Positions 1-8,000 of a stretch of 35,233 bases of DNA are shown in pieces. The stretch's first letter is position 1. Every line of letters starts with the position of its first letter. The notes below the pieces were generated by a model. The model made no database searches. It saw only the letters and a program-made list of their open reading frames with translations, and was not told the origin of the DNA. The translations under genes were made by a program, and so were the position numbers. This DNA is from an uncultured Chthoniobacterales bacterium (lineage in GTDB: Bacteria > Verrucomicrobiota > Verrucomicrobiia > Chthoniobacterales > SZAS-18), in contig CAXTFX010000001.1 of assembly GCA_964243185.1 (NCBI GenBank), positions 1-35,233 on the forward strand. The letters run 5' to 3'.

Positions 1-440
1 ACCGCGATCGGCTCCGGGTAGCGGTCGGCCTCGCGGGCTGCGTCGCTCAAAGCCTGGAGCACCGCCCTTTGCTGGTCCCTCGGCGCGGCCCGTAAAAGCT
101 TCTCCCCGGCCTCGGCTGGGGAAACAAGTCCTAACCGGACCTCTTCCAGCAACCTTACTCTGCGTCTGTCCTCCGGGGTTTTCTCGGCGGCGAGGAGGCG
201 AACATACTGGCCCTCCGCCGCCCAAGCGAGTCGCGCCTTAACGGCGCTCCGGTGGGCATCCTCAAAGCCGGGTAAAAGCCTTGACCATTGTAGTTCCGGG
301 GCAACCTCCGCCGGGATTACCAGGGGCTTCCGAGACAACCATTCCTTTGCGCGCACCACCCCCTGCCGCCCGACCGCGGTGTCCAAGGGCGAGATGCGCG
401 CCTTGCGGGAACGGTTCGGAAGAAGTTTGCCCCTGCCCAT
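1..440 (-). CDS. hypothetical protein, partial (runs off the left edge; C-terminus missing)
   Basis: The minus-strand frame has no stop from 521 down to position 1. It is absent from the ORF track because it leaves the window. ATG candidates lie at 440 and 461. The translation MGRGKLLPNRSRKARISPLDTAVGRQGVVRAKEWL...FEDAHRSAVKARLAWAAEGQYVRLLAAEKTPEDRRRVRLLEEV looks protein-like, but no family was recognised. Confidence 0.35.
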   Translation of the reverse strand, partial: MGRGKLLPNRSRKARISPLDTAVGRQGVVRAKEWLSRKPLVIPAEVAPELQWSRLLPGFEDAHRSAVKARLAWAAEGQYVRLLAAEKTPEDRRRVRLLEEVRLGLVSPAEAGEKLLRAAPRDQQRAVLQALSDAAREADRYPEPIA

Positions 441-616
441 GCTGCCAGCATACCGCGCCATCCCGCGCCACGCTATCCCTCTGCCGCGCCTGTGCGCGTT
501 GTGTGCGCGATACGAACGGGGTTAGCCGCGGAAATGAGTGGGACGGCGCGGAACAGCTAAAAAGATAACTCCCGCATAAGCTGCTTACCCGCAGCATTTA
601 CGAGGTAAAAAGCGGG

Positions 617-689
617 CACTCCCACCGAGAATCGAACTCGGAATATTCGGTTTAGAAGACCGATGCTTTATCCGTTAAGCTATGGGAGC
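617..689 (-). tRNA. tRNA-Arg (anticodon TCT)
   Basis: The reverse complement folds as a 73-nt cloverleaf: acceptor GCTCCCA/TGGGAGT, D stem GCTT/AAGC, anticodon stem TCGGT/ACCGA with loop CTTCTAA (anticodon TCT), T arm CCGAG-TTCGATT-CTCGG. No CCA is encoded. Confidence 0.9.
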
Positions 690-793
690 AAGCGGGGGGC
701 AGACACCGCTGCCTCCGGCGAGCGTGCCTCCCGCACCCGTTCCTGTCAACCGGACCTGACAGCGTGAGCGCTGCGGTCGGGCGCCGGGCGGTC

Positions 794-1204
794 CTACTTC
801 CAGCGCCACTCGGGTTGCAGGTTGATCTGCTCGTCGCCGAGGTCCACGCCGGCGCAGCGCAACAGGTAGAGGACGCCCTCGCGGCTATCCATCGTCTCGC
901 GCAGGCTGCGGGCGAAGAGCTCGATGTATTCCTTGTAGGAGTCCAACGAGAGCTTGCCGTCCGCCACGTAGGCGGCCAGGGCGGCGTCGTGGTGGTCGAT
1001 CAACTCGAACAGGCCCCGGCGCAGGTCGGCGCGCATGGCCGGGTCCACGACCAGGCGGAAGGGGCTGGCGCCGGCGCGCAGGTGACGGGCCGGTGAGGAG
1101 ACGACCGCGGGGGAGGGGCGCGCGACGAGCGCGGCCTCGGCGGGCGTCGGGTTGGCGGCGGCGGCGACGACTTGGTTGATGGTCGGAACGGTTTCGGTTT
1201 CCAT
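794..1204 (-). CDS. hypothetical protein (about 136 aa)
   Basis: This is the C-terminal part of track ORF 794..1465. The internal ATG at 1204 (METETVPTINQ...) avoids overlap with the divergent gene. The well-behaved C-terminal half reads LFELIDHHDAALAAYVADGKLSLDSYKEYIELFARSLRETMDSREGVLYLL. No family was recognised. Confidence 0.55.
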   Translation of the reverse strand: METETVPTINQVVAAAANPTPAEAALVARPSPAVVSSPARHLRAGASPFRLVVDPAMRADLRRGLFELIDHHDAALAAYVADGKLSLDSYKEYIELFARSLRETMDSREGVLYLLRCAGVDLGDEQINLQPEWRWK

Positions 1205-1337
1205 GGGTGGTGTTGGGCAGTTGAACGAACCAGCGGTTCCGGGGGGTCGCGGGCTCGGTCCTAACATCGGGCTCCGGGCACGTCCAACCATTTTTTGGGG
1301 CTTCCGCGCGGCGCGTCCCGATGTTAGTCTGCACGCC

Positions 1338-2159
1338 GTGAACGCCCCGGTTCCCTGCCGCCGAGTCTTGATTATCCCGTTAGTCGCGTTGTGCTTAGCG
1401 TTGCTCCTGTCCGGCGGGCTGGGAGGTTGCGGGGGGAGGAAGGCCAACGAGCTCGTGGTGGGCATGGAGCTGTCCTACCAACCCTTTGAAATGCTGGACG
1501 AGCGGGGGCAGCCGGCGGGCATCGGCGTGGACCTGGCCCGGGAGCTGGCGGCCAGCCTGCACAAGGAAATCCGCATCGAGAACATGGATTTCGGCGCCCT
1601 GATCACCGCGCTGAAAACCGGGCGCATTGACCTCGTCGTCTCCTCGATGACGGTGAACGACGAGCGAAAAAAATCCATTGACTTCTCCATTCCTTACATT
1701 TCCAACGGCTTGGCCATCCTGGCTAACGCCAAGTCGGACATCCGCAACATCGGGGACGTGGACCGCGCCGGGCGCACCGTCCTGGCCAAGAACGCCACGA
1801 CGGGCTACGCCTACGCGCAGGCGCACTTCCGGCAGGCCAACGTCCGGGTGCTGGGTGAGGCGGCGAACTGTGCGTTGGAAGTCAGCCAGGGTAAGGCGGA
1901 TGCGTTCCTCTACGACCAGATTGCGATCTACCGGTTGAACCGTAAGTTCCCGGACACGACCCGTGCCTTGCTGGAACCGTTCCAGCAGGAAAGCTGGGCC
2001 ATCGGCATCCAGAAGGGGCGCGATGAACTGCGTAACGGGGTCAACGCGTTCCTGGCGGACTTCAAGGCGCGCGGCGGGATGGACCGGCTCCTGCAAAAAT
2101 ACCTCGGCGCGGACCCCGCCACGCTGAAGGAGATGGGCGTTTCGGCGGGCGGCAACTGA
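1338..2159 (+). CDS. amino-acid ABC transporter substrate-binding lipoprotein (family 3 SBP), orphan
   Basis: Track ORF 1152..2159. The SBP_bac_3-like core reads ELVVGMELSYQPFEMLDERGQPAGIGVDLARELA...GRIDLVVSSMTVNDERKKSIDFSIPY...WAIGIQKGRDELRNGVNAFLADFKARG. The signal peptide has lipobox LSGGLGGC. The start is uncertain (GTG 1338 or TTG 1368). No permease or ATPase gene is adjacent. Confidence 0.85.
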   Translation: MNAPVPCRRVLIIPLVALCLALLLSGGLGGCGGRKANELVVGMELSYQPFEMLDERGQPAGIGVDLARELAASLHKEIRIENMDFGALITALKTGRIDLVVSSMTVNDERKKSIDFSIPYISNGLAILANAKSDIRNIGDVDRAGRTVLAKNATTGYAYAQAHFRQANVRVLGEAANCALEVSQGKADAFLYDQIAIYRLNRKFPDTTRALLEPFQQESWAIGIQKGRDELRNGVNAFLADFKARGGMDRLLQKYLGADPATLKEMGVSAGGN

Positions 2160-2178
2160 CTGAACCTCCGCCCTGGCG

Positions 2179-2982
2179 ATGCCGTTTTCCCCTGACCCGA
2201 ACCCCGCCGCCGGCGTCGGCGACCCGACGGGCCGTTTTTCCCATCGCGTGGACGATTACGTCCGCTACCGGCCGGGCTACCCGGAGGCCGTGCGGGACGC
2301 TTTGCGGGCGTGGGGGCTGTTGCCGGTGGACGCGGTGGTCCTCGACGTGGGCGCGGGGACGGGGCTTTCCAGCGAACCGTTCCTGCGCGCCGGCCACCGG
2401 GTGCTCGGCGTGGAGCCCAACGCCGGGATGCGCGGGGCGGCCGAGCGGGGACTGGGGGCGCGTTATCCCGAACGGTTTCAGGTCGTGGACGGCCGGGCGG
2501 AGGCCGTTCCGCTGCCGGGGGCGTCGGTGGACCTCGTCGTGGCGGGGCAGGCCTTCCACTGGTTCGAGCCGGAGCGGGCGCGGGCGGAGTTCGTCCGGCT
2601 CCTGCGGCCGGGGGGCGCCGCGGCCCTGTTCTGGAACGAACGGCGTCTGGGCGGCACGCCGTTCCTCGTGGGTTACGAACGATTGCTGCGGACGTTCGGG
2701 ACGGATTACGCGGCCGTGAGCGACCGCTACCCGACGCCCGCGAAGATCGCGGCGTTCTTCCGGACGCCTGGTTTCCTCACCGCGGAGTTCCCGACCGGGC
2801 AGAGCTTCGACTTCGAGAGCCTGCGCGGCCGGCTGCTGTCCTCCTCCTACGCGCCCACCGCGGAGTCGCCCGCCTACGGGCCGATGACGGCGGAGTTGCG
2901 GGCGCTCTTCGACCGTTGCCAGGAGAACGGCACGGTGCGGTTTGAATACCGCACCGTGGTGTATGCCGCCCGGTTGGCCTGA
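2179..2982 (+). CDS. class I SAM-dependent methyltransferase
   Basis: Motif I is VLDVGAGTGLSS. The post-I/II region reads HRVLGVEPNAGM...VDLVVAGQAFHWFEPERARAEFVRLLRPGG, a Methyltransf_11-type layout. Confidence 0.85.
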   Translation: MPFSPDPNPAAGVGDPTGRFSHRVDDYVRYRPGYPEAVRDALRAWGLLPVDAVVLDVGAGTGLSSEPFLRAGHRVLGVEPNAGMRGAAERGLGARYPERFQVVDGRAEAVPLPGASVDLVVAGQAFHWFEPERARAEFVRLLRPGGAAALFWNERRLGGTPFLVGYERLLRTFGTDYAAVSDRYPTPAKIAAFFRTPGFLTAEFPTGQSFDFESLRGRLLSSSYAPTAESPAYGPMTAELRALFDRCQENGTVRFEYRTVVYAARLA

Positions 2983-3017
2983 TGCCCGGCCCGGTGGCCG
3001 CCGCCGCCGCCTCCGCA

Positions 3018-3527
3018 TCAGCCGCCGACGTAGGTGGCGTTGTAGGAGGCGAACTTCACCGTCGAGTCCCGCGGAGGCGTGTCCTTGCAATCATAGACGG
3101 TGTTGTTGACGACCTTCCCGCGCTCGGTGTCATAGACCATGCAGGAGGCCTGGCCCTTGCTCTCCCGGCTGCGCTCGGTCCGCACGGCGATGTAGCGGCT
3201 GCGGCGGCGCACGGCAGCCTTCTTCTCGGCGCTCAGGCGCGCGTAGGCCCGCCGGGCGTTGGCCTCGGCGACGGCCTTCTGCCGCTCGGAGGCCTGGTGC
3301 TCGGCGACGGCGTAGGTGATGCCCGCGGCCAGCAGGCCGACGCCCGCGCCGAGCGCCGCGGCCTGGCCGGTGTTCAACCCGGCGGCGGAGCCGATGAGGC
3401 CGGCGGCGACCCCGGAAACGGCGCCGACGGTGGCGGCGCTCTCCCCGGAGGTCATGCCCTCGCACCCGCTCAGGAGCAGGCAGGCGGCGGTGGCGGTGGA
3501 GGTGAGGCGGATGGCAAAGGGTTTCAT
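3018..3527 (-). CDS. lipoprotein with glycine-zipper segment, unknown function
   Basis: The internal ATG at 3527 gives MKPFAIRLTSTATAACLLLSGC (lipobox LLSGC). It is followed by the Gly/Ala zipper GAVSGVAAGLIGSAAGLNTGQAAALGAGVGLLAAG and a charged C-terminal domain. Confidence 0.7.
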   Translation of the reverse strand: MKPFAIRLTSTATAACLLLSGCEGMTSGESAATVGAVSGVAAGLIGSAAGLNTGQAAALGAGVGLLAAGITYAVAEHQASERQKAVAEANARRAYARLSAEKKAAVRRRSRYIAVRTERSRESKGQASCMVYDTERGKVVNNTVYDCKDTPPRDSTVKFASYNATYVGG

Positions 3528-3659
3528 GGGATCGTTGGGTGAAGCGAAGCCCGGAGCATGACGACCTTGGCGGCCAACCGGCAAGGGAAAAATACGCCTC
3601 GGCGCCCGCTTTTTTCGCCGGGTTCCCCGCGGACCCCGTCGGACTGCCTGGCGGTCAGG

Positions 3660-4196
3660 TCAAGCCAGCCGCCCGCCGGGGTTGCTCTCCGACTTTCGGC
3701 GCTCGCGGGCTTTGCGCCGGATCAAATCCGCTTCCGCCCGCAGCACGTTCCCCGTCAACCGCGACTCGAGCACCAGCAGGGAGGCCCCGGTGATCAACCC
3801 GCCGACGCCGCCCGCCACCGCCGCGAGCGCCAGCCAGAAAGCGGTCTGCCCGGCCGCCACCCACCGCACGAACTCCAGGGCGCTGCCGACCAGGGACGCC
3901 AGCGTGCCCAGGCCGAAGGCCCCGACGGCGAAGTAGAAGGCCGAGAGCGCGCGGATGACCCGCAGCACCCGCAGCTCGGCGCTCTCCAACTGCCACAGCA
4001 ACAGCCGCCCCTCCTCGCTCTCCGGGTCCGCGGGCGGCGCGTTCTCCAGCCGGCTGGCCAGCGCCCGCGCCCGGTCCACCGCGCGGGCGAAGCGGTTAGA
4101 GGTCGCCAGCGTCAGCAGGCTGGAGGTGTTGGTCAACAGCGCCGGCGCGGCGATGAAGCTCAGGACGGCGAAAGGATTGTTGGCGAGGGGGTCCAT
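3660..4196 (-). CDS. DUF2721-like membrane protein
   Basis: The ATG at 4196 gives MDPLANNPFAVLSFIAAPALLTNTSSLLTLATSNRFARAVDRARAL. A central helical region and two C-terminal TM segments follow. The pattern matches my recollection of DUF2721. Confidence 0.6.
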   Translation of the reverse strand: MDPLANNPFAVLSFIAAPALLTNTSSLLTLATSNRFARAVDRARALASRLENAPPADPESEEGRLLLWQLESAELRVLRVIRALSAFYFAVGAFGLGTLASLVGSALEFVRWVAAGQTAFWLALAAVAGGVGGLITGASLLVLESRLTGNVLRAEADLIRRKARERRKSESNPGGRLA

Positions 4197-4203
4197 CGAA
4201 GTG

Positions 4204-4291
4204 GGAAGCGGGAAGGCGGAAGTGGGAAGTGCAGAACTCCCGACCTTCGTTAGCTGCTCCTCTGACTTCCCACTTCCGCCTTTCCGCTTCC
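4204..4291. repeat. inverted repeat built from tandem GGAAGYG heptamers (27-nt arms, 34-nt loop)
   Basis: The left arm at 4204-4230 is ggaagcgggaaggcggaagtgggaagt. The right arm at 4265-4291 is acttcccacttccgcctttccgcttcc, its reverse complement with 1 mismatch. The right arm encodes the last residues (GGSGKAEVGS) of the MBL hydrolase ORF, and the hydrolase stop at 4250-4252 sits in the loop. Confidence 0.9.
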
Positions 4292-5284
4292 GCCTTCCCA
4301 AGTCTCGCCAATCCGCCGGACGCCCACGCGCGCGGGGTCGCCGGCCAGGGCGGCCGTGAACCGGCGGATGGGGTCGTCGAGGGGTTCGCGGGAAAGTTTG
4401 AAGGTTTGGTGGTGGATGGGGAGGATCACGCGGGCGCCGGCGGCGTCGGCCATCGCCACGGCCTGCTCCGGGGTGCAGTGGTTGCCGATCCACGGGTCGT
4501 AGGCGCCGATGGGCATGAGCGCGAGGTCAAAGGGGCCCTCCGCCCGCAGGGCGGCGAACTCCTGCGGGGCGTAGGCGGTGTCCCCGGCGAAGAGGACGCG
4601 GAAGCCGGCGTGCCGCAGCAGGTAGCCGTTGTAACCGCGGTGGTCGTCGGTGCGCAGCCGCGCGCCCCAGTGGCGGACGGCGAAGGCGCGGACCTCCGCG
4701 GGGCCGGTGGGAAAGGCGAAGGTGCGCCCCTCGCCCCAGGCCAGTTCCACGGCGGCGCGGCGCCAGCGGACGCCGGGGAGCAGGTCGCGGGTGGCGCGCG
4801 GGCAGACTACCTGGGGCGGACCGCCCGCGCGGCTCCGGCGCTGGACCCGGCGGCGGGCGAGGCGGCCAAGGGTGAGCGTGTCCCAGTGGTCCATGTGGGC
4901 GTGGGAGAGCAACACGAGGTCGAGGGCCGGCACCTCCCCGACGCCCAGCGCCGGGGCGACGAGCCGTTTCATGCCCACGACCGTCGGCCCGATCTGGATG
5001 CCCACCCGGGGGCCCAGCACGGGGTCGGTCAGGACGCGCAGGCCACCGACGTTGAGCAGCACGGTGGAATGGCCCAGCCACGCCGCCGTCAGCCCGTCGT
5101 CCGACCACGTCGCCGGCTCCGGCCGGGCAGGGGCGGCGGGCAGGGGGGAACGGGCCCCGGCGTAGAGCAGACGCAGGTAGCGGGCATCCCCCCGCGAGAG
5201 CGCTCCCGGCAGGTGCAACCGGGGCCAGCGGGCGGGCAGGGGGAGGCGCGGGAGGGGCATAGGGGACGGCCCGCACGGTAGCAC
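4250..5284 (-). CDS. MBL-fold metallo-hydrolase
   Basis: The HxHxDH motif reads LLSHAHMDHWD. The surrounding Lactamase_B_2-like sequence reads TAAWLGHSTVLLNVGGLRVLTDP...ALMPIGAYDPW...HCTPEQAVAMADAAGARVILPIHHQTF. An alternative start lies at 5260. Confidence 0.85.
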   Translation of the reverse strand: MLPCGPSPMPLPRLPLPARWPRLHLPGALSRGDARYLRLLYAGARSPLPAAPARPEPATWSDDGLTAAWLGHSTVLLNVGGLRVLTDPVLGPRVGIQIGPTVVGMKRLVAPALGVGEVPALDLVLLSHAHMDHWDTLTLGRLARRRVQRRSRAGGPPQVVCPRATRDLLPGVRWRRAAVELAWGEGRTFAFPTGPAEVRAFAVRHWGARLRTDDHRGYNGYLLRHAGFRVLFAGDTAYAPQEFAALRAEGPFDLALMPIGAYDPWIGNHCTPEQAVAMADAAGARVILPIHHQTFKLSREPLDDPIRRFTAALAGDPARVGVRRIGETWEGGSGKAEVGSQRSS

Positions 5285-5483
5285 CGGCTCCGGGCGGGGG
5301 GAGGGGGGCGGGGAAACTTCTTGCGGGGCCGGACGCGGAGGCTCCAGCCCGGTTCGGCCGTCGGCTCGGGGCCGGCCGGCGAGGTCTGACAGGTGGGTTT
5401 CAAGGCCGCCTCCAGAAAGGTTTTCCTCTGGAAAACGGCAAACTCGATCCGCGTGGCGCGATTCCGGCTTGGGCTGTTCCCCG

Positions 5484-6290
5484 ATGTCAGACCCCGCCGT
5501 TCACTCCCTCGATCTCGACGTGCCGTCCGGCGGCGCCCCGGACGGGGCGTTCGCCGACGCGATGCAACAACTCGCCGAAGAGGCCCAGGGCGGCCGTGCC
5601 GCGCCCGGCGGCGCGCCGGTGTCCAAGGCGGCGCGGGCCGAGTTTCTGCTGACCATCGGGCAGATGATCCGCCCGCTAGCCGTGGGCGTGGAGAACCTGG
5701 GCGAACGCTTGGGGAAACTCGCTGCCGCCCAAGCTGCCACGGCCGCGCCGGACCTCGCGCCCGTCCACGCGACGCTGGAGGGCATCCGCGGGCAGCTCGG
5801 TCGGATGGGAAACGTCGAGAGCGCCAACCAGAAGCTTTTCGACGCGCTGCACGCGGAATTGAAAGGTTACAAGGACGGGTTCCTCTTCGACTCCATGCAG
5901 AAGCCGTTCGTGCGCGACCTCATCACGCTGTTCGACGACCTCGGCACCCTGTTCGGGCAGCTCGAGGCGCGCCAGGCCAGGGCGTCCGCCGACCCCGGTG
6001 AGACGGAGTTCCTGACGACGTTTTCCCAGAACTTTGACAACGCCCGCCACGGCCTGCGGGAAACCTTCGAGCGCCTGGACGTGGAGCGTCAGGATACCGC
6101 CGCCGGCGAGCCGGTGGACAAGCGGGTCCATCGGGTGATGAGCTTCGAGCCGACGCCCGACGCGGCGCGGGACGGCCGCGTGGCACGCAGCTTGCGGCCG
6201 GGCTTCCACTGGCGCGGTCGTGCCGTGCGCCCGGAAGAGATCGTCGCGTGGCGCTGGACCGAGCCCAAACCCGAGACCACCGTGAGCTAG
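5484..6290 (+). CDS. GrpE-like nucleotide exchange factor (divergent)
   Basis: The C-terminal part aligns by eye with the GrpE beta-domain pattern: RLDVERQDTAAGEPVDKRVHRVMSFEPTPDAARDGRVARSLRPGFHWRGRAVRPEEIVAW (compare GVE.I...G..FDP..H.A.......G.V.....GY...GR..RPA.V.V). The preceding helical part reads LFDALHAELKGYKDGFLFDSMQKPFVRDLITLFDDL. It lies 54 nt upstream of an Hsp70 gene. Confidence 0.7.
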   Translation: MSDPAVHSLDLDVPSGGAPDGAFADAMQQLAEEAQGGRAAPGGAPVSKAARAEFLLTIGQMIRPLAVGVENLGERLGKLAAAQAATAAPDLAPVHATLEGIRGQLGRMGNVESANQKLFDALHAELKGYKDGFLFDSMQKPFVRDLITLFDDLGTLFGQLEARQARASADPGETEFLTTFSQNFDNARHGLRETFERLDVERQDTAAGEPVDKRVHRVMSFEPTPDAARDGRVARSLRPGFHWRGRAVRPEEIVAWRWTEPKPETTVS

Positions 6291-6344
6291 AGATGCCGTT
6301 CCCTGCCCGAGCCTCTGCCCCGCATTCCCAATCCCTCCGTTTTC

Positions 6345-7973
6345 ATGCAACCGTCCATCCCCTTCAGCACGCCCCTGGCCCCGCCCGCCGCCGGGGCGGC
6401 CACCGCCAAGAAGCGCAAGGTTGTCGGCATTGACCTGGGCACGACGTTTTCGGCCATCGCCCACATTGACGCCTACGGCAAGCCGCACATCATCCCCAAC
6501 TCCGAGAGCGAGCGCATCACGCCGTCCGTCATTCTCTTCGACGGCGGCACGGCGGTCGTCGGCACCCTGGCCAAGCAGAACTCGGTCGCGGAGCCCGAGA
6601 AGATCGTGGACTTCGTCAAGCGCGAGATGGGCAAGAGCAAGGAGGAGTTCGCGCGCGAGTTCTCCGGCAAGACCTACACGGCGGAGGAACTGAGCGCGCT
6701 GATCCTACGCAAGCTGAAGAAGGACGCCGAGCGGTATCTGGACACCGTGGTGACCGACGCGGTCGTCACCGTGCCGGCGTATTTCAACGACTCCGAGCGC
6801 ACCGCGACCATCACCGCCGGTCAGCTCGCGGGTCTGAACGTGTTGCAGGTCATCAACGAGCCGACGGCGGCCTCGCTGTCCTACGGCCTGGACAAGCTCG
6901 ACGAGGACCAGACGGTGTTCGTCTTCGACCTCGGCGGCGGCACGTTCGACGTGACCATCATGCGGATCGAGAACCGGGGCATCAAGATGCTCGCCACCAA
7001 TGGCGACCACCGGCTCGGGGGCAAGGATTGGGACGACGTGATCGTGAACCTCGTCGCGGAGGAGTTCGACCGGCTGCACGGTGAGAACCCGCTGCTGGAC
7101 CTGCAAAGCTACCAGGAACTCCAAACCCGCGCCCTGGCCTCCAAGATCCAGCTCTCCAGCCGCCCGCGCACGACCCTGGTGCATTCCCACAACGGCAAGA
7201 GCATCAAGGTGGAGTTGAGCCGGGACGAGTTCGAGAACTTCTGCGCGCACCTCGTCGAAAAGTGCAAGACCATCTGCGAGATCGTTTTGCAGGAGGCGCA
7301 CATGACCTGGAAGGACGTTGACAAGGTGCTCCTCGTGGGCGGCATGACCCGGATGCCCATGATCCGCCACATGATCGCGGAGGTGTCCGGCCTGCCGATG
7401 GCCGACCAGGTTTCCCCGGACGAAGCCGTGGCCGTCGGCGCCGCCATCCAGGGCATCCTCTGCCTGCTGGCGGAGGAGGAGAAAGCCGCGCCGGAGGAGA
7501 AAACGGTGTCGGAGGAAACACGCGAGCGGTTCTCCACCCGGGAGGGCGGTCTGATCCAGGTCACGAACATCACCAGCCACACCCTGGGCGTCGTGCTCTG
7601 GAACGACGGCACCCTGGAGGAATACGTTTACCCGATGATCAAGAAGATGACGCAGATGCCCTGCGAGTTGAAGAACCGCTTCGGCACCTCCCAGGCCAAC
7701 CTGCAACGGGTGATCGTCCGCGTCGTCGAAGGCGAGAGCACGGTCCCCGGCGAGTGCACCGTGCTGGGCACCTGCACCATTGACCTGCCGGCGTTCCTGC
7801 CCAAGGGCGCGCCGGTGGAGCTGACCTACCAATACGACACCAGCCAGGTGCTGCACGTTACCGTGGATGCGTTTGGCAACCAGAGCAAAGCCACCATCGA
7901 GCGGCACACGGGATTGTCCAAGGACGAGATCGCCAGCGCCACGGCGAGCCTGTCGTTGATCAACGTCGAGTGA
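6345..7973 (+). CDS. Hsp70-family ATPase, paralogous, lacking the C-terminal helical lid
   Basis: The actin-fold motifs are intact: VGIDLGTTFS (phosphate 1), VFDLGGGTFDV (phosphate 2), VLLVGGMTRMPMI (adenosine). A beta-sandwich SBD-like region is present (LIQVTNITSHTLGVVL...VRVVEGES...). The protein ends at 542 aa, so the roughly 100-aa lid of DnaK is absent. Confidence 0.9.
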   Translation: MQPSIPFSTPLAPPAAGAATAKKRKVVGIDLGTTFSAIAHIDAYGKPHIIPNSESERITPSVILFDGGTAVVGTLAKQNSVAEPEKIVDFVKREMGKSKEEFAREFSGKTYTAEELSALILRKLKKDAERYLDTVVTDAVVTVPAYFNDSERTATITAGQLAGLNVLQVINEPTAASLSYGLDKLDEDQTVFVFDLGGGTFDVTIMRIENRGIKMLATNGDHRLGGKDWDDVIVNLVAEEFDRLHGENPLLDLQSYQELQTRALASKIQLSSRPRTTLVHSHNGKSIKVELSRDEFENFCAHLVEKCKTICEIVLQEAHMTWKDVDKVLLVGGMTRMPMIRHMIAEVSGLPMADQVSPDEAVAVGAAIQGILCLLAEEEKAAPEEKTVSEETRERFSTREGGLIQVTNITSHTLGVVLWNDGTLEEYVYPMIKKMTQMPCELKNRFGTSQANLQRVIVRVVEGESTVPGECTVLGTCTIDLPAFLPKGAPVELTYQYDTSQVLHVTVDAFGNQSKATIERHTGLSKDEIASATASLSLINVE

Positions 7974-8000
7974 TGCCTTTGGTGGTTTGTCGTTCCCCCT

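Noticed and set aside
262-597. I asked whether two overlapping ORFs (111 aa on minus, 95 aa Cys-rich on plus) between the left partial gene and tRNA-Arg encode a peptide or hide an ncRNA (RNase P, tmRNA, SRP or 6S).
   Set aside because: Neither translation looks protein-like. I could not find the conserved RNase P (GAGGAAAGTCC), tmRNA (3' tRNA-like end) or SRP (GGAAG/AGCA loop context) signatures on either strand. A third minus-strand frame running off the window explains positions 1-440 better.
4198-4300. I asked whether the heptamer tracts here, at 30787-30820 and at 31877-31996 could be a CRISPR array.
   Set aside because: The units are 7 nt, directly tandem with no spacers. No cas genes and no repeats of 25-40 nt with unique spacers occur anywhere in the window.
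5285-5483. I looked for a heat-shock operator (CIRCE, TTAGCACTC-N9-GAGTGCTAA) or another obvious regulatory palindrome upstream of the Hsp70 module.
   Set aside because: No CIRCE-like sequence is present. Only a weak 7-bp hairpin (gttttcc-tct-ggaaaac around 5421-5437) was seen, which is too short to interpret.
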